From the NCBI RefSeq assembly GCF_009914755.1, contig NC_060941.1: DNA of 64,000 nucleotides. One strand, written 5' to 3'. Of this stretch, positions 14,704 to 29,487 are shown one piece after another. The translations under genes were made by a program, and so were the position numbers. The DNA comes from the human T2T-CHM13v2.0 reference genome, Homo sapiens. Below the pieces are notes generated by a model that worked only from the letters and a program-made list of their open reading frames with translations, searched no databases and was not told the origin of the DNA. Each line of letters begins with the position of its first letter. Positions within the stretch are counted from its first letter, which is position 1.

Positions 14704-15075
14704 TAAGTCACAGAAACAGAGAGCAAAACTGTGTTTACCAGAGGCTGGCGAGGTGGTCTGGGGAATGGGGACATGTGAATTCAATGGACACATAGTATTT
14801 CCATTAGATATGAGGCATGAGTTCAAGAGATCAATTGTACATCGTAGTGACTACAGTTAATAGTAATATATTTAATATTTGAAAATTGCTAAGAGAGTAT
14901 ATTTAAAGTCTTCTCATTACCAAAGAAAATGATACATATTTGAAGTAAGGCATATGTTAAATAGCTTGACATAGCCACATAGCCTTTCTACCGTGTGTAC
15001 ATGTAACATAGTATCATGCTGTATACCATAAGGACTATATATGTAATTTTTCCTTGTCAATTAAAATAAATTTCT
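14704..15075 (+). mobile_element. L1MA-type 3' end
   Basis: GAGTTCAAGAGATC...GTGACTACAGTTAATA...TTGAAAATTGCTAAGAGAGTA...TGTCAATTAAAATAAA. Confidence 0.85.
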
Positions 15076-15243
15076 TAAAACAATGTTTTTAAAAAGTCAG
15101 TAATTTGAACACAGATGTCTAAATAATGCCAGGTTCAAACTTAGATTTAAACATTTAAAATATCCAAAGGAGATTCTCTTACTCTCTCTGCTTTGCTTTA
15201 CTGTAAGAGATAGAATTCATAGAATTCTAAGTTTACTTTCTCT

Positions 15244-15546
15244 GGCCAGGCACAGTGGCTCACGTCTGAAATCCCAGCACTTTGGGAGGCCGAGGCTGGC
15301 TGATCACTTGAGGTCAGGAGTTTAAGACCAGCCTGGCCAATGTGGTGAAACCCCACCTCTACTAAAAATACAAAAGTTATGCAGGTGTGGTGGCGCATGC
15401 CTGTAGTTTTGGCTACTCAGGAGGCTGAGGCAGGAGAATTGCTTGAACCCAGGAGGCAGAGGTTGCAGTGAGCCAAGGCTGTGCCACTGACTCCAGCCTG
15501 GGTGACAGAGAGAGAATCCAACAAAAAAAAAAAAAAAAAAAAAAAA
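15244..15546 (+). mobile_element. AluS (Sx/Sz-like)
   Basis: GGCCAGGCACAGTGGCTCAC start, full dimer, long poly-A. Confidence 0.95.
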
Positions 15547-16099
15547 GAGAGAGAGAAAACAAAATACTATCTGCATGCTGAAACTTTCCCATGAAAACTG
15601 GATAAAGATATGACGAGATTAAAGGAAGACACTAAATTTCTAAATCTTTCTTCCGATAAAATAGTTTAGACAAGATTAATTTGGAAAAAATTCTGGTAAA
15701 ATCCTTCTAACATGCCCAACTCAGAAAGAGCGTGGTGGAGACTTATGGCCAAAATAGGGCTTGGGATTGAGATCAAGTGCTCCAAATGAGTTTTCTTTTG
15801 TGTCCCAGATGAGAAACATATTTGGAAGAATCTGTGAGAGAAATATGCCAGGCAGAAAGTCTGAAAGACAATGAACTTTCTTCTTGATCAGGCAGACCCT
15901 GTCACTGATATTTCAGACAGCAGCACCAAAAAGAGTATCAGAGACAGACATACTGTGTACAGGGAGTGAAGGCAAGCAAAACAGAACAGGGACCATTGAT
16001 AGCTGTCCCCAGTAAGGCATTTTCCCCAAGCAAGAAGAGATAAACTGCCACTGTTGAAAATGCCGACTTGTCTTACGCTTTGTGCTGCTGAAGTGGCAC

Positions 16100-17260
16100 T
16101 GAAAATGTATATCTATTGTATCTATTCATATGAAGTTGGGTTGCTCTAACAAAAAATCCAAGCTAGAATGTCTTAAATAAGATATATTAAGTAATAGTGA
16201 TAGAAAGTAGAGAGGAGTATATAGAATACTGGAATTCCAGAAAACGAGACTGGAAAATATAGAACAGAAGTAATAATAAAAATAGAATAAGATATAATCC
16301 TGAGTAAAAGACCCAAATCTGAAGAATATATAGGTACGCGATACATCAGGCAAAATTAATCAAAATAGACTGATATAGACAACTGCATCTCAAAAGAATA
16401 AGAAGAAGAATCCAAGAGTGTAACAACATAAATAATGCAAAATTTGCTACTAATAATAACAAAAAATCAGGCTCCTTTCAATGCCTTCTCCTCAGCATTA
16501 AACACAAGAATTCAAGATTTGAAGGAAATAAGTTATTTCAAAAGATACCTATTATCAAACAAAGTACAATTCAAATGTGAATATAATGGCAAGACAGGCT
16601 CCTATACTTTCTCTGAAAGCACTAATTGAAGATATCCTTCAGCTAACTGCATCACAATAAAGACTTCAAAAGTGGACAGTTTCTAGAAAGCATTAAAGGT
16701 GGAAAGCACAAAAACTATTTAAACTAGTCATAGAAAAACAAGCATTATAAATGTAATTATAAAACAAAACACAACTAATTCTTGTAAGAGCAGACACATA
16801 AAATGTTAATCATAAACAGATTCTAAATTGCTGGGTCGTATCCCCAAAACTGGGCAACTGCGATTTAAAGAATAAAAATGTGCTACTTCCCTCATTTTAA
16901 ATAGGAATAAGTAGATACTACTTTGTCACTGACACTGGTAAACAGAAAAGATTAAGTTCAACTGTGCTGTTTTCAACAAAATAAAAGGTGACCATTTGTG
17001 TAATTAAAAATCATATTAAATATTCAAGGCAAACAAATTGTAACTCATACTAGAAAAGTAAAAAGAAAACAGCCAGAAACATAAGATAGGAATAATGAAA
17101 CTTGATATCCAAACAGTAAATTTATTAGTGATGACAATAAATACAAATAGGATAAAACTCCTCAATAAAAGACAAAAACTCATATAAGTAAAAAAATGCA
17201 ATCCAGAAACTTGCAAGAAATGAGACAACATGGGAGTTTAAATTTTTAAAATCTCCTCTT
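16100..17260 (+). mobile_element. Ancient L1 (L1ME-like) ORF1/inter-ORF remnants
   Basis: A-rich, L1-like remnants (GGAATTCCAGAAAA, CTCCTCAATAAAAGACAAAAACT); heavily decayed. Confidence 0.5.
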
Positions 17261-17588
17261 CAAAAATAAAATGAGATTTATGGAGTAAATATAGCAACAA
17301 TGTGTTTGTACAGTCAATGGTAAGTACAGTCAATTAGTACAGTCAATGAAACAAGTTAAGGGCCCTCAGCCAAACATAAATAGTGTAAAGTGCGGAATGA
17401 ATTGCACCCAATTGAAAGAATTAGCAAGAAGTCCACAATTGGATCCCTACAAGAAAGAGCAGAATAGAGCAAAGTAGTAAAGGTAGAGAACAATATCTTA
17501 AAACGTTTGCTGCTATTCCTCTAAATTAGTGAGGTCATCAGTGGAGGTATTTGCAGTCATTTGGAATGTTCTTTGAGCCTTTCTTCCT

Positions 17589-17932
17589 TGATATAGTTTG
17601 GCTGTGTCCCCACTCAAATCTCATCTTGAATTTCCACATGTTGTGGGAGGGAGCCAGTGAGAGGTGACTGAATTATGGGGTTGGATTTTTCCTGCCCTGT
17701 TCTCCTGATAGTGAGTGAGTCTCAGGAGATCTGATGATTTCAAATATGGGAGTTTCCCTGCACAAGCCCTCTTCTCTTGTCTGCTGCCATGTGGGACGTG
17801 CCTTTCACCTCCCACCATGATTGTGAGGCCTCCCCAGCCACATGGAACTGTAAGTCCAATAAACCTCTTTGTTTTGTAAATTGTCCAGTCTCGGGTATGC
17901 CTTTACTAGCAGTGTGAAAAAGGACTAATACA
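17589..17932 (+). mobile_element. THE1 (A/B-like) solo LTR
   Basis: TGATATAGTTTGGCTGTGTCCCCAC ... AATAAA ... GGACTAATACA; 5-bp TSD TTCCT at 17584-17588 and 17933-17937. Confidence 0.95.
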
Positions 17933-18619
17933 TTCCTCTTGGTGGAGAACCATCAACAACATAAAAGCACATTGGCGAGAGTCAGAAGAAGCAGTCTAGT
18001 TTAGCCTTCTCATGCTAACCTCATCATCCTCTTGCAAAATAGTAATTGCAAGCAGACCAATGTATAATGTCCTAATTCTAATTCTTTGACAGGAAACAAA
18101 TAACTGTGATTGGAAAAAAACAATTGTTGAGCCCCTGCAAGTGAAATATTTAAATCCACAAGACCTCCCTACCTTTGAGGCAAGAAAGGCAAAGATTGAT
18201 CCAAATGGGAAGAGATGGTGGCTGGTTCCACAAGAGTGGACCTCAGTGCATGATGCATAACACAGCTGAAGACCAGCAACATGCTGGCACTTCCCACATA
18301 GAGCCCTTGCCCATCTCTTTTTATTTTCCTTTCAGTCAACTAATATATAACATCTTAATATTCATGCTTCAACTAGTCATTCTGTCAGGAAGCATTTGAT
18401 CTGTGTCTAGGTTAAAGGAATTACAAAAAATAAACAATACAAATGAAATCTAAAATGAGGTTTGGATAATAAACAGGGGAGAAGAGTTAGTGAGGTTTGA
18501 GGGATAAAGGAATGTTTAAGTATTATAGAGTTGCAGTAAGTAGAAATTTGATGCTATAGAAGAAATAACATTTATTAGTGAAATTAAACATAAATTTCTC
18601 AAACAGTTTCCAAGCTAGG

Positions 18620-19932
18620 TGTTTTAGTCAGGGTTCTCTAGAGGGACAGAACAAATGGAATATATATATATTATATATATATTTATATACATTATATATA
18701 TTTATATTATATATTTATATTATATATATTTTATATATTTATGTTATATATATTATATAATATATTTATATATAAATATATATTTATATTATATATATTT
18801 ATATTATATATAGAATATATATTTATATAATATATATTATATATTATGTAATATATTATATAAATATGTATTATATAATATATATTATATTATATATATT
18901 TATATAATATTAATATAAATATATATTTATATTAATACATATTATATAATATAAATATAAATATATATTTATATTAATACATATTATATAATATAAATAT
19001 AAATATATATTTATATTAATACATATTATATAATATTAATATAAATATATATTTATATTAATATGTATTATATAATAAGATAAATATATATTTATATTAT
19101 GTATTATATAATAATATAAATATATATTTATATTATATAATATATATTATATAAATTATATAAAATATATATTATATAATATATATTTATATATAAATAT
19201 ATATTATACAATATTTATATATTTATATATAAGATATATATATTATATATTTACATATTTATATATAATATATAATATATATTATATATAATATGTATAT
19301 TTATATAATATATATTATATATATATTAATATATATTTATATATTTACATCTATGTATATATTAATATATATTTATATAAATATAATTATATATAATTAA
19401 ATATATAACTATACATATAATTATATATAATTACATATGATTATGTATATTTGTATATATTTATATATTGATATATATTTATATAAATATACATATTTTT
19501 ATATATTTATAGATTAATATATATTTATATATATATATATAAAGGGGAGTTTATTTAGTATTAATTAACATGATCACAAGGTCCCGCAATAGGCCATCTG
19601 CAGGCTGAGGAGCAAGGAGAGCCAGTCTGAGTTCCAAAACTGAAGAACTTAGAGTCCAATGTTTGAGGGCAGGAAGCATCCAGCACAGGAAAAAGATGTA
19701 GGCTGGGAGGCTAAACCAGTCTAGGCTTTTCACGTTTTTCTGCCTACTTTATATTCTGGCCAAACTGGCAGCTGATTAGGTGTTGTCCACACAGATTAAG
19801 GGTGTGTCTGTCTTTCCCAGCCCACTGACTCAAGTGTTAATCTCCTTTGGCAACACCCTTACAGACACACCCAGGATGAATACTTTGAATCCTTCAATCC
19901 AATTAAGTTGACAGGCAGTATTAACCATCACA
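18620..19932 (-). mobile_element. HERV-L 3' LTR (MLT2A1-like), expanded by a TA-rich tract
   Basis: TGTTTTAGTCAGGGTTCTCTAGAGGGACAGAA start, ATTAACCATCACA end; purine-rich PPT-like sequence adjacent on the minus strand. Confidence 0.95.
18661..19540. repeat. ~880 bp almost pure A/T (TA)n-like expansion
   Basis: Direct reading; includes internal ~40-bp tandem units around 18910-19130. Confidence 0.95.
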
Positions 19933-20459
19933 AGTCCACTCCTTGTTAACTTGAACCCATACACATCTCCTGAGATCATATATAATCTTCAAATGAAGAA
20001 AAGAATGAGGTCATAATTATGCCTAACATAATACAACTATCCTTACTACATCAGGAAAGGCACCGATCCCCAACCCAAATATTATTACATAAAGTTAACA
20101 ATACTTAAATGCTGATGTGAAGTCAATAAATTTTATGTCATATGATAAAGGAGAAAGGAAATAAAATGAAGGTACTTTCTTATGCGGAAATATGTTTACC
20201 AAAAGAAGGAGGAAATACTCATGACAATTACAGTCCTCATTTCTGCAGCTGGTCATGTGGTCATAACTGGTATTGATGACTACCTTCTTCTACCACCCAT
20301 TCTGTATTCCTTTTGCCTCCAGCAAGCAACTCAGCAGGTCGTGGATTTTTTTTTTTTTCCTGTTGGTGTGACCCAAACCTTCATTCCTGAAGGGTCTGGT
20401 AATTTGTAGTCCTCCCTGAATTGGGCTATTATAGTTTCCCATTGACCTTAATCACAGGA

Positions 20460-20760
20460 CATGGTAATACTAAGAGATGCCCTAATGGATCTCCTGTATT
20501 CCGGGCACACTCTTCCTACCTCCGTTGTGGAGTAGTAGATCGATTTCATCTTGATAGTCTGGGTCAGTCACCCCAGCCAACACTGTAACTCCTTTCTTAG
20601 CCTGTTGACTTCAAGGTAGGAGGATCCCAAAGTGTCCAGGTGGCAATCTTAAATTCTAGTTTAATGGAATCATTGTCGTGTCTCCTGGTGTCAGTGTTCC
20701 TCCCTCTGGAACTAAGACCTTTAGGCCAGTAGAACATAATGTCACTGGAACAGGAAGCAA
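20460..20760 (-). pseudogene. HERV-L dUTPase remnant
   Basis: Minus-strand translation VLVPEGGTLTPGDTTMIPLN*NLRLPPGHFGILLP*...GVTVLAGVTDPDYQDEI, dUTPase motif 3-like, with stop codons. Confidence 0.85.
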
Positions 20761-20899
20761 AAATTTTGCTAGTGGATCACTAGGTGAGTGGTGCCACTTC
20801 CACCCCTTGATTTCTAGACCCGTGAATCCTGGCTATGGGAGAAATAGTGCCATACATTGGATGCTGAGTCAGAGCATATAGGGCCTTCTGGAGAACTTT

Positions 20900-22290
20900 G
20901 CCCCAATCCTCCAAAGTATTGTCACCTAGTTGGGTTGTAATTGTGACTTCAAAAGGTCATTCCACCATCTATCAATCCAGCTGCTTCAGAATGATGGAGA
21001 ACATGGTAAGGCCAGTGAATTCCACGAGCATGAGTCCACTGCTGCACTTCTTTAGCCATAAAGTGAGTGCCTTGGTCAGAGGCAGTGCCGTGTGGAATAC
21101 CATGACGGTGAATAACACATTCTATGAGTTCACAGACGGTAGTCTTGGCAGAAGCATTGTGTGCAGGATAGGCAAACTCATATCTGGAGTCAGTGTCTAT
21201 TTCAGTGAGGACAAACCTCTGCTCTTTCCATGTTGGTAGAGGTCCAATATAATCAACCTGCCACCAGCAGATCACCCCGAGGAATGGTGCCATATCGAGG
21301 GCTCAGTGTTGGTCTCTGCTGCTGGCAAATTGGGCACTCAGCAGTGGCTATAGCCAGGTCAGCCTTGGTGAGTGGAAGTCCATGTTGCTGGGCACATGTG
21401 TAACCTCCATCCCTGCCACCATGGACACTTGGTTCATGGGCCCATTGGGTGATGACAGGGGTGGCTTGGGAAAGAGGCTGAGTGGTGTCCACAAAACAAG
21501 TCATCCTATCTCCTTGATTATTAAAATCCTCCTCTGCTGAGGTCACCTGTTGGTGAGCACTCACATGGGATACAAATATCTTCACAGTTTTTGACCACTC
21601 CGAGAGGTCCATCCACATACCTCTTCCCCAAATTTCTTTGTCACCAATTTTCCAATCCTGCTTCTTCCAAGTCCTGACCGTCCAGCCAAGCCCATTGGCT
21701 ACAGCCCATGAATGGGTTTATAGAATCACATCTAGCCATTTCTTCTTCCATGCAAAGTGTACAACCAGGTGCACTGCTCAAATTTCTGCCCACTGGGGAG
21801 GTTTCCCTTCACCACTGTCCTTCAGGGATGTCCTAGAAAGGGGCTGTGGTGCTGCAGCTATCCACTTTCGGGTGGTGCCTGCATATTGTGCAGAACCATC
21901 TGTGAACCAGGCCCTAGTCTTCTCTTCCTCTGTCAACTGATCATAGGGAGCTCCTCTGAGGCCATCAGTGTAGGATGGGGGAGAGGAGGCAGGGTGGCAA
22001 GAGTGGAGACTATGGGCATTTGAGCCACTTCCTCATGTAACTTCCTTGTGCCTTCAGGACCTGCTTGAGCCTGATCACATATATACCACTTCCATTTGAT
22101 GATGGAATGCTGCTGTGCACAACCCACTTAATGGCTAGATGGATCAGAAAGCACTCAGTTCCTGATAGGCAGTTCAGGTCACATGGTGACTTGAGGACCC
22201 ATAGTCAAATGTTCAGTTTCCACCAAAGCCAAATAATGGGCCAAGTGCTGTTCCAGTAGTTATCTGCAGAAGATGGCAGGGCCTTGCTCT
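20900..22290 (-). pseudogene. pol: HERV-L pol remnant (RT connection, RNase H, integrase), frameshifted
   Basis: ORF fragments: SIIKWKWYI; IFVSHVSAH (RNase H); H..H...CPIC zinc finger; WQVDYIGPLP and SDQGTHF (integrase core). Confidence 0.92.
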
Positions 22291-22329
22291 ATAAAGATTC
22301 ACTACATAAATTGTCAGTAATGTAGTAGT

Positions 22330-24100
22330 GTCCTCCCTAAAGGAGACCCAGCCTCCCCTTCATTAAAGGGGTTCTGGGTCTATAAACTGGCTCAAGTCTG
22401 GAAATTGATTGAAGGGGCGTGATTCTATGTTTTTATAATTCAAATTAGTCTTTTGTCCATTTGACCTCTAAGTTTTCTGTGTATATAAATTAAGTAGGAG
22501 TGCAGTAGGTTTCCTATCAATTTCACTTCTAGGAACACAGTGATTCATTAGCCAATGCCATAGCTCTGCATGAATCAGACTATTCTGATTGCCGCTTTGC
22601 CTCTGCTGTTCATTACGGTAGCTATGCCCACCTTGCCTTTGACATTTGAGTGCTGCCACTTGGACCCTGCTACCTTGGCATCCAATTATTCCCATTGTTT
22701 TTAAATTTTGTAGTTGAGTGACTTCAGTTCCCACTGTTAGATCTGACATACAGAGAAGAGCAATTACGGGGCTCTTCAAAGATGTGGGTGCTGCCCTCAC
22801 AAATCTATTTCGCAAGACATTGGTCAAGGGTATATCTTCTGGACCTTCCCAGCTGGGATGAGTAGGTCTAAAGTGACTAATCCACTCCACCATCCCAATC
22901 TCCCTAAGCCTTTGGATCCCTTCCTCTACATTAAACCAAGGGAGATCAGGCATTTCCACCTCACTCACAGTGGGCGAACTTTTAATCCATATTTCAGCTA
23001 ACCAAACAAATAAACTTTTAGAACCTTTTTTTAACTCCCCAGGCTGCAACATTAAATGCAGAGTCCTTACTTAGTGGGCCCAAATCAATAAATTCAGCCT
23101 GATCCAACTCTATGTTTCTTTCACCATCATCCCACACCCTTAATATCTATTCCCATGCCTGTTCTCCAGATCCCTGTTTATATAAATTAGAAAACTCAAG
23201 CACTTCTTTTTAAGTGTAGCACACTTCCTCATGGGTCATACTCTCAGTCCCATCTCTATGGGCCTACCAGGACTTTAGTCTAGTTATAGGTCTAGAAGCA
23301 AACAGGAGTGTTGCGGGTGGCTCCTGAGGAGAATCAACATTACCTTGCCTGGCAACTGCCTCATGGGAGGCCATCACTGTTGCCTCAGGGAGCACAGGGT
23401 TTATCTCCTCAGATAAAGGTGGAAAGGCTGATGGCAGCATGGGTCAGGAAGAGGATGTTGCCACTACTGGGGATGGGGAAGCTGTCTCTTCTGGCAAAAA
23501 AAGTTCATCAGAGTTTACAAACTCAGTATCCCCAGCTTCATCAGGGTCCTCCCACACATCCCCATTCCAAGTTGCAGGGTCCCATTCTTTTCCAATCAGT
23601 GCCCTCACTTTAACAGTAGACACCTGGTGAGGCTGTGCATGCACCTTTCCTTGCAGGTCAGCCACTTGCATGATAAGAGCTTGTGTCTGTTTTTCCACAA
23701 TTTCAGCTCTTTCTCTACAGGACATGAGACTCACTCAGGGCAATCTTAGCAGATTTGAGGTTCAGTATCTGCTTCTGAAGCTAGGAGATAGAATCCCCGA
23801 GTTCATTATTTTCTGTCATCACTTTGTCCACTGAAGTTAGGAGCAACCAACTAGCTTCATTATGTTCCTTGGCTCTCCACATATGGTCAAAGGTATTATG
23901 TACAGAGTCACTAAACTCCTTGACTCTCATGAGCGATGAATCAGGAGTGTCAAATGTATTTATTTTGCATAACTCTCTAAACAGTTCATGCCAAGGACTA
24001 TCAGTGTTCTCCATACTATTAGAAGTAGAGTCCTTAGCATTTTTGGGTCTAATCATATTAAGCAGCCAACTCCAGAAACCCCAAAATCAGTGAAAGAACT
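22330..24100 (-). pseudogene. gag: HERV-L gag remnant, fragmented
   Basis: ORFs 23781-24056 (NTDSPWHELF), 23444-23734 (LIGKEWDPATWNGDVWED) and 22468-23052 (VEEGIQRLREIGMVEWI) match ERV-L Gag. Confidence 0.92.
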
Positions 24101-24148
24101 TCATCCTTAATATTCTGTTCCTCTAGAACCACTCCTGGTACCAAAATC

Positions 24149-24193
24149 TGTATTAGCTAGGGTTCTCTAGAGGGACAGAACTAATGGAATATA

Positions 24194-24251
<58 letters not shown>

Positions 24252-24627
24252 TTTATTAAGTGTTAACTCACATGATCACAAGGTCCTACAAAAGGTGGTC
24301 TGTAGGCTGAGGAGCAAGGAGAGCCCATCCAAGTTGCAAAACTGAAGAACTTGGAGTCTCATGTTCAAGAGCAGGAAGCATCCAGCACAGGAGAAAGATG
24401 TAGGCTGGGAGGCTAGGCCAGTCTGTCTTTTCACATTTTTTTTGCCTGCTTATATTCTAGCTGCACTGGCAGCTGATTAGCTTGTGCCCACCCAGGTTAA
24501 GGGTGAGTCTGCCTTTCCCATCCCACTGACTCAAATGTTAATCTTCTTTGACAACACCCTCACAGACATACCCAATACTTTGTATCCTTCAATCTAATCA
24601 AGTTGACACTCAATATTAACCATCACA
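24149..24627 (-). mobile_element. HERV-L 5' LTR (MLT2A1-like)
   Basis: TGTATTAGCTAGGGTTCTCTAGAGGGACAGAA ... short (TG)n(TA)n ... ATATTAACCATCACA; adjacent to the PBS. Confidence 0.95.
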
Positions 24628-24639
24628 CTAGGTATACAA

Positions 24640-25090
24640 AACTTTAGTATTTAATAAAGATATAAATAGTATTTAATAAAAATAAGCCCTTTCAAACCCT
24701 TTGAAAAGGGACAGTTTATTCAATAAATAGTCACAATTAGTGACTTATGGAAAAAAATTAGTTTAACTCCTATTTGAAATCATGTATCAAGATAAATTTC
24801 ACACTGTTAAAATCATAAGGTAATTTTAAAAATTAGAATAAACTATTGGTGAATATTTATCTGGTCTTCAGAGTGGTCTTTCCAGTTTTTCCTCCTTTTC
24901 CACAAAAGCAAAAGGAGGAAAATAAATCATGATAGAAATAATTTAAAAATTTTCAATTTTACATATTTTTTCATGTTTCAAAAAATACCATAAAAATAAA
25001 AGGCAAGGTATAAACTGGAAAATATATTTCATGAAACAGTAAAGAAAAATACTTAAGCATAATCTTTTGTGCAAATAAAATTTTTCACTA
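24640..25090 (+). mobile_element. Ancient L1 ORF2 remnant
   Basis: AAAGGGACAGTTTATTCAATAAATAGT (LFNKW region) and downstream L1M-like sequence. Confidence 0.6.
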
Positions 25091-25522
25091 AAAATGGAGC
25101 ATTTGAACTAAATTTTGTGAACAGTTCTGGGTCCTGATTATTTCCCAAACGTGTATTTTCTTAAGCACATGTCTGGAGGGGCATGGGAATTTTACAAAAC
25201 ACGTCTTTTTAAAGTAGGCATGCTTAATTACTTCCTGATTTGCTTATTAAATTTTGACCAATTACTTGAAGAGAGTAGCAGGATGAACTTATAAAAGTAC
25301 AGATTTTGGAGTTTGACAAATCATGCTGGAATCCTGCTTTAAGCATTTACTAGTTTTTTCACCATGTGTATGCCACTCAATTTTTTTGAGATTTGATTTG
25401 AAATGGTAAAGTTTGGATCTTTGTCAATATGCAAAAAAAATTACTTTACTTTCCTCCTTGTATGTCAAAGGCTTGCAGATTCCGAGTTTCTAAATGATGC
25501 ATGATAAAGGCAATTGCCTAAA

Positions 25523-25735
25523 CCAGGGTTGGCAGATGACTACATGCATATCAAATTGGTCTGGCCATTTTTAAATAAAGTTTTATGGAAACACAATCAC
25601 ACCATTTTTTTTAACATGTTGTCTGTGGTTGCTTTTGCCCTATACAAGCAAAGTGGTATCATTGTGAAAGAGACTGTCTGGCCTCCACATCCTAAAATAT
25701 TATCATCCCCTTTGCAGAAAAAGTTTGCCTACTGC
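25523..25735 (+). mobile_element. MER58A hAT DNA transposon fossil
   Basis: CAGGGTTGGCA...AAATAAAGTTTTATGGAAACACA...CCCTTTGCAGAAAAAGTTTGCC. Confidence 0.85.
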
Positions 25736-26913
25736 AGGACTGAATTATATTGCTACTTAGCACTTGTGAGAAAAGAACAATCCACCTGTCAAATACACTT
25801 ACCAGGTGAAAATGAGATTTTAATCTAGAAGTATTAAAATGAAGATTCTGTAGTTAGTATAATTTTCATGTGTTCTGAGTCATTCTAGCAAAATGATGCT
25901 TTAAAATATGTTTTAATTATGTTTTATGCATCTGATTTTTTTTTCTCTTCTCTTTTCTTCTCTTCCTCTATTATTTCTTTCTTTCTTTATCAGCAAATCC
26001 AATGAGTGATCTAAGCAGGAAAACTGCTGAATGCGAGCACTGCCCCCACTGCACCTCCTTTTGATTTTACTACAATACAGAATATAGTTAAGCAGATGTT
26101 CAATGCATTACAGGCCCTGGCTAAGGTACAATCAAAATGGATTGAGTGCCAGAAATCAGGGAGGGGAGTCTGGACTGGCTGTCTTTGCTCCGATTCAATC
26201 ATGTCTTGTGTTAATCCTGCCCTAGCTGAATCTGAATTTATCTACATGTCTTTGGCCTGGAGATCAAACTGAGAGTTTATGGCTACTCTGTCTCTTGTGA
26301 ACTTCTGAGCATTTCCTCTTTTCACTCAATCAAAAAAAAAGAGAGAGAGAGAGAAAGACAGAGACAAGATTAGGCTGTCCTTTTTGTTATTACCCTATCA
26401 TTTTAGAAATAAAGAGATGCTTGACTGGGACATCAATTTGGCAGGTTTAGATAATCCTGTATATCTACTTGCTCAAATAAGTAACTAAATATTATAAAAA
26501 TGTGGTTTTATCTAACTTTTACTTATAAAATAGAGGAACCAAGATAACACATCTCAGAGTGCTTCCTCCTTTTATTCAGACCACAGGTCTTATTTTCTTA
26601 TCACATAGTCTCTTCTGTTTTAACATGTTTTTTATCCTTCTGTAATGCTTATATAATTCAAATGGTTACACATAGTTAGCACATCTAATTTTGAGTCATT
26701 GCTTGGACCAGAAAAGCCTATGGACTACTTCCTTTCTGTTTTCTCCTTTTTTCCTTTAGGATTCAACTGGCTAATAATTTCATTTTCTTCTTATAAGTAC
26801 ATTCTTCATTCCATTTTTTGAAATAAGCCTGAATCAGAATGCTTCCTCTTTCTTGATACATGTATCCAGAGACTAATCATTCATGTGCCAATGAAACATT
26901 TTGATTTATTTTT

Positions 26914-29487
<2,574 letters not shown>

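Larger units (their letters stand above)
18620..24627 (-). mobile_element. HERV-L provirus with two MLT2A1-like LTRs and an internal deletion
   Basis: Two LTRs in the same orientation (18620-19932, 24149-24627); TSD CTAGG at 18615-18619 and 24628-24632; PBS TGGTACCAGGAGTGG on the minus strand next to the right LTR; gag, RNase H, integrase and dUTPase remnants. Confidence 0.97.

Noticed and set aside
20900-24100. HERV-L gag/pol ORFs as a domesticated gene
   Set aside because: Broken into fragments of at most 194 aa by stops and frameshifts; no sign of ORF preservation
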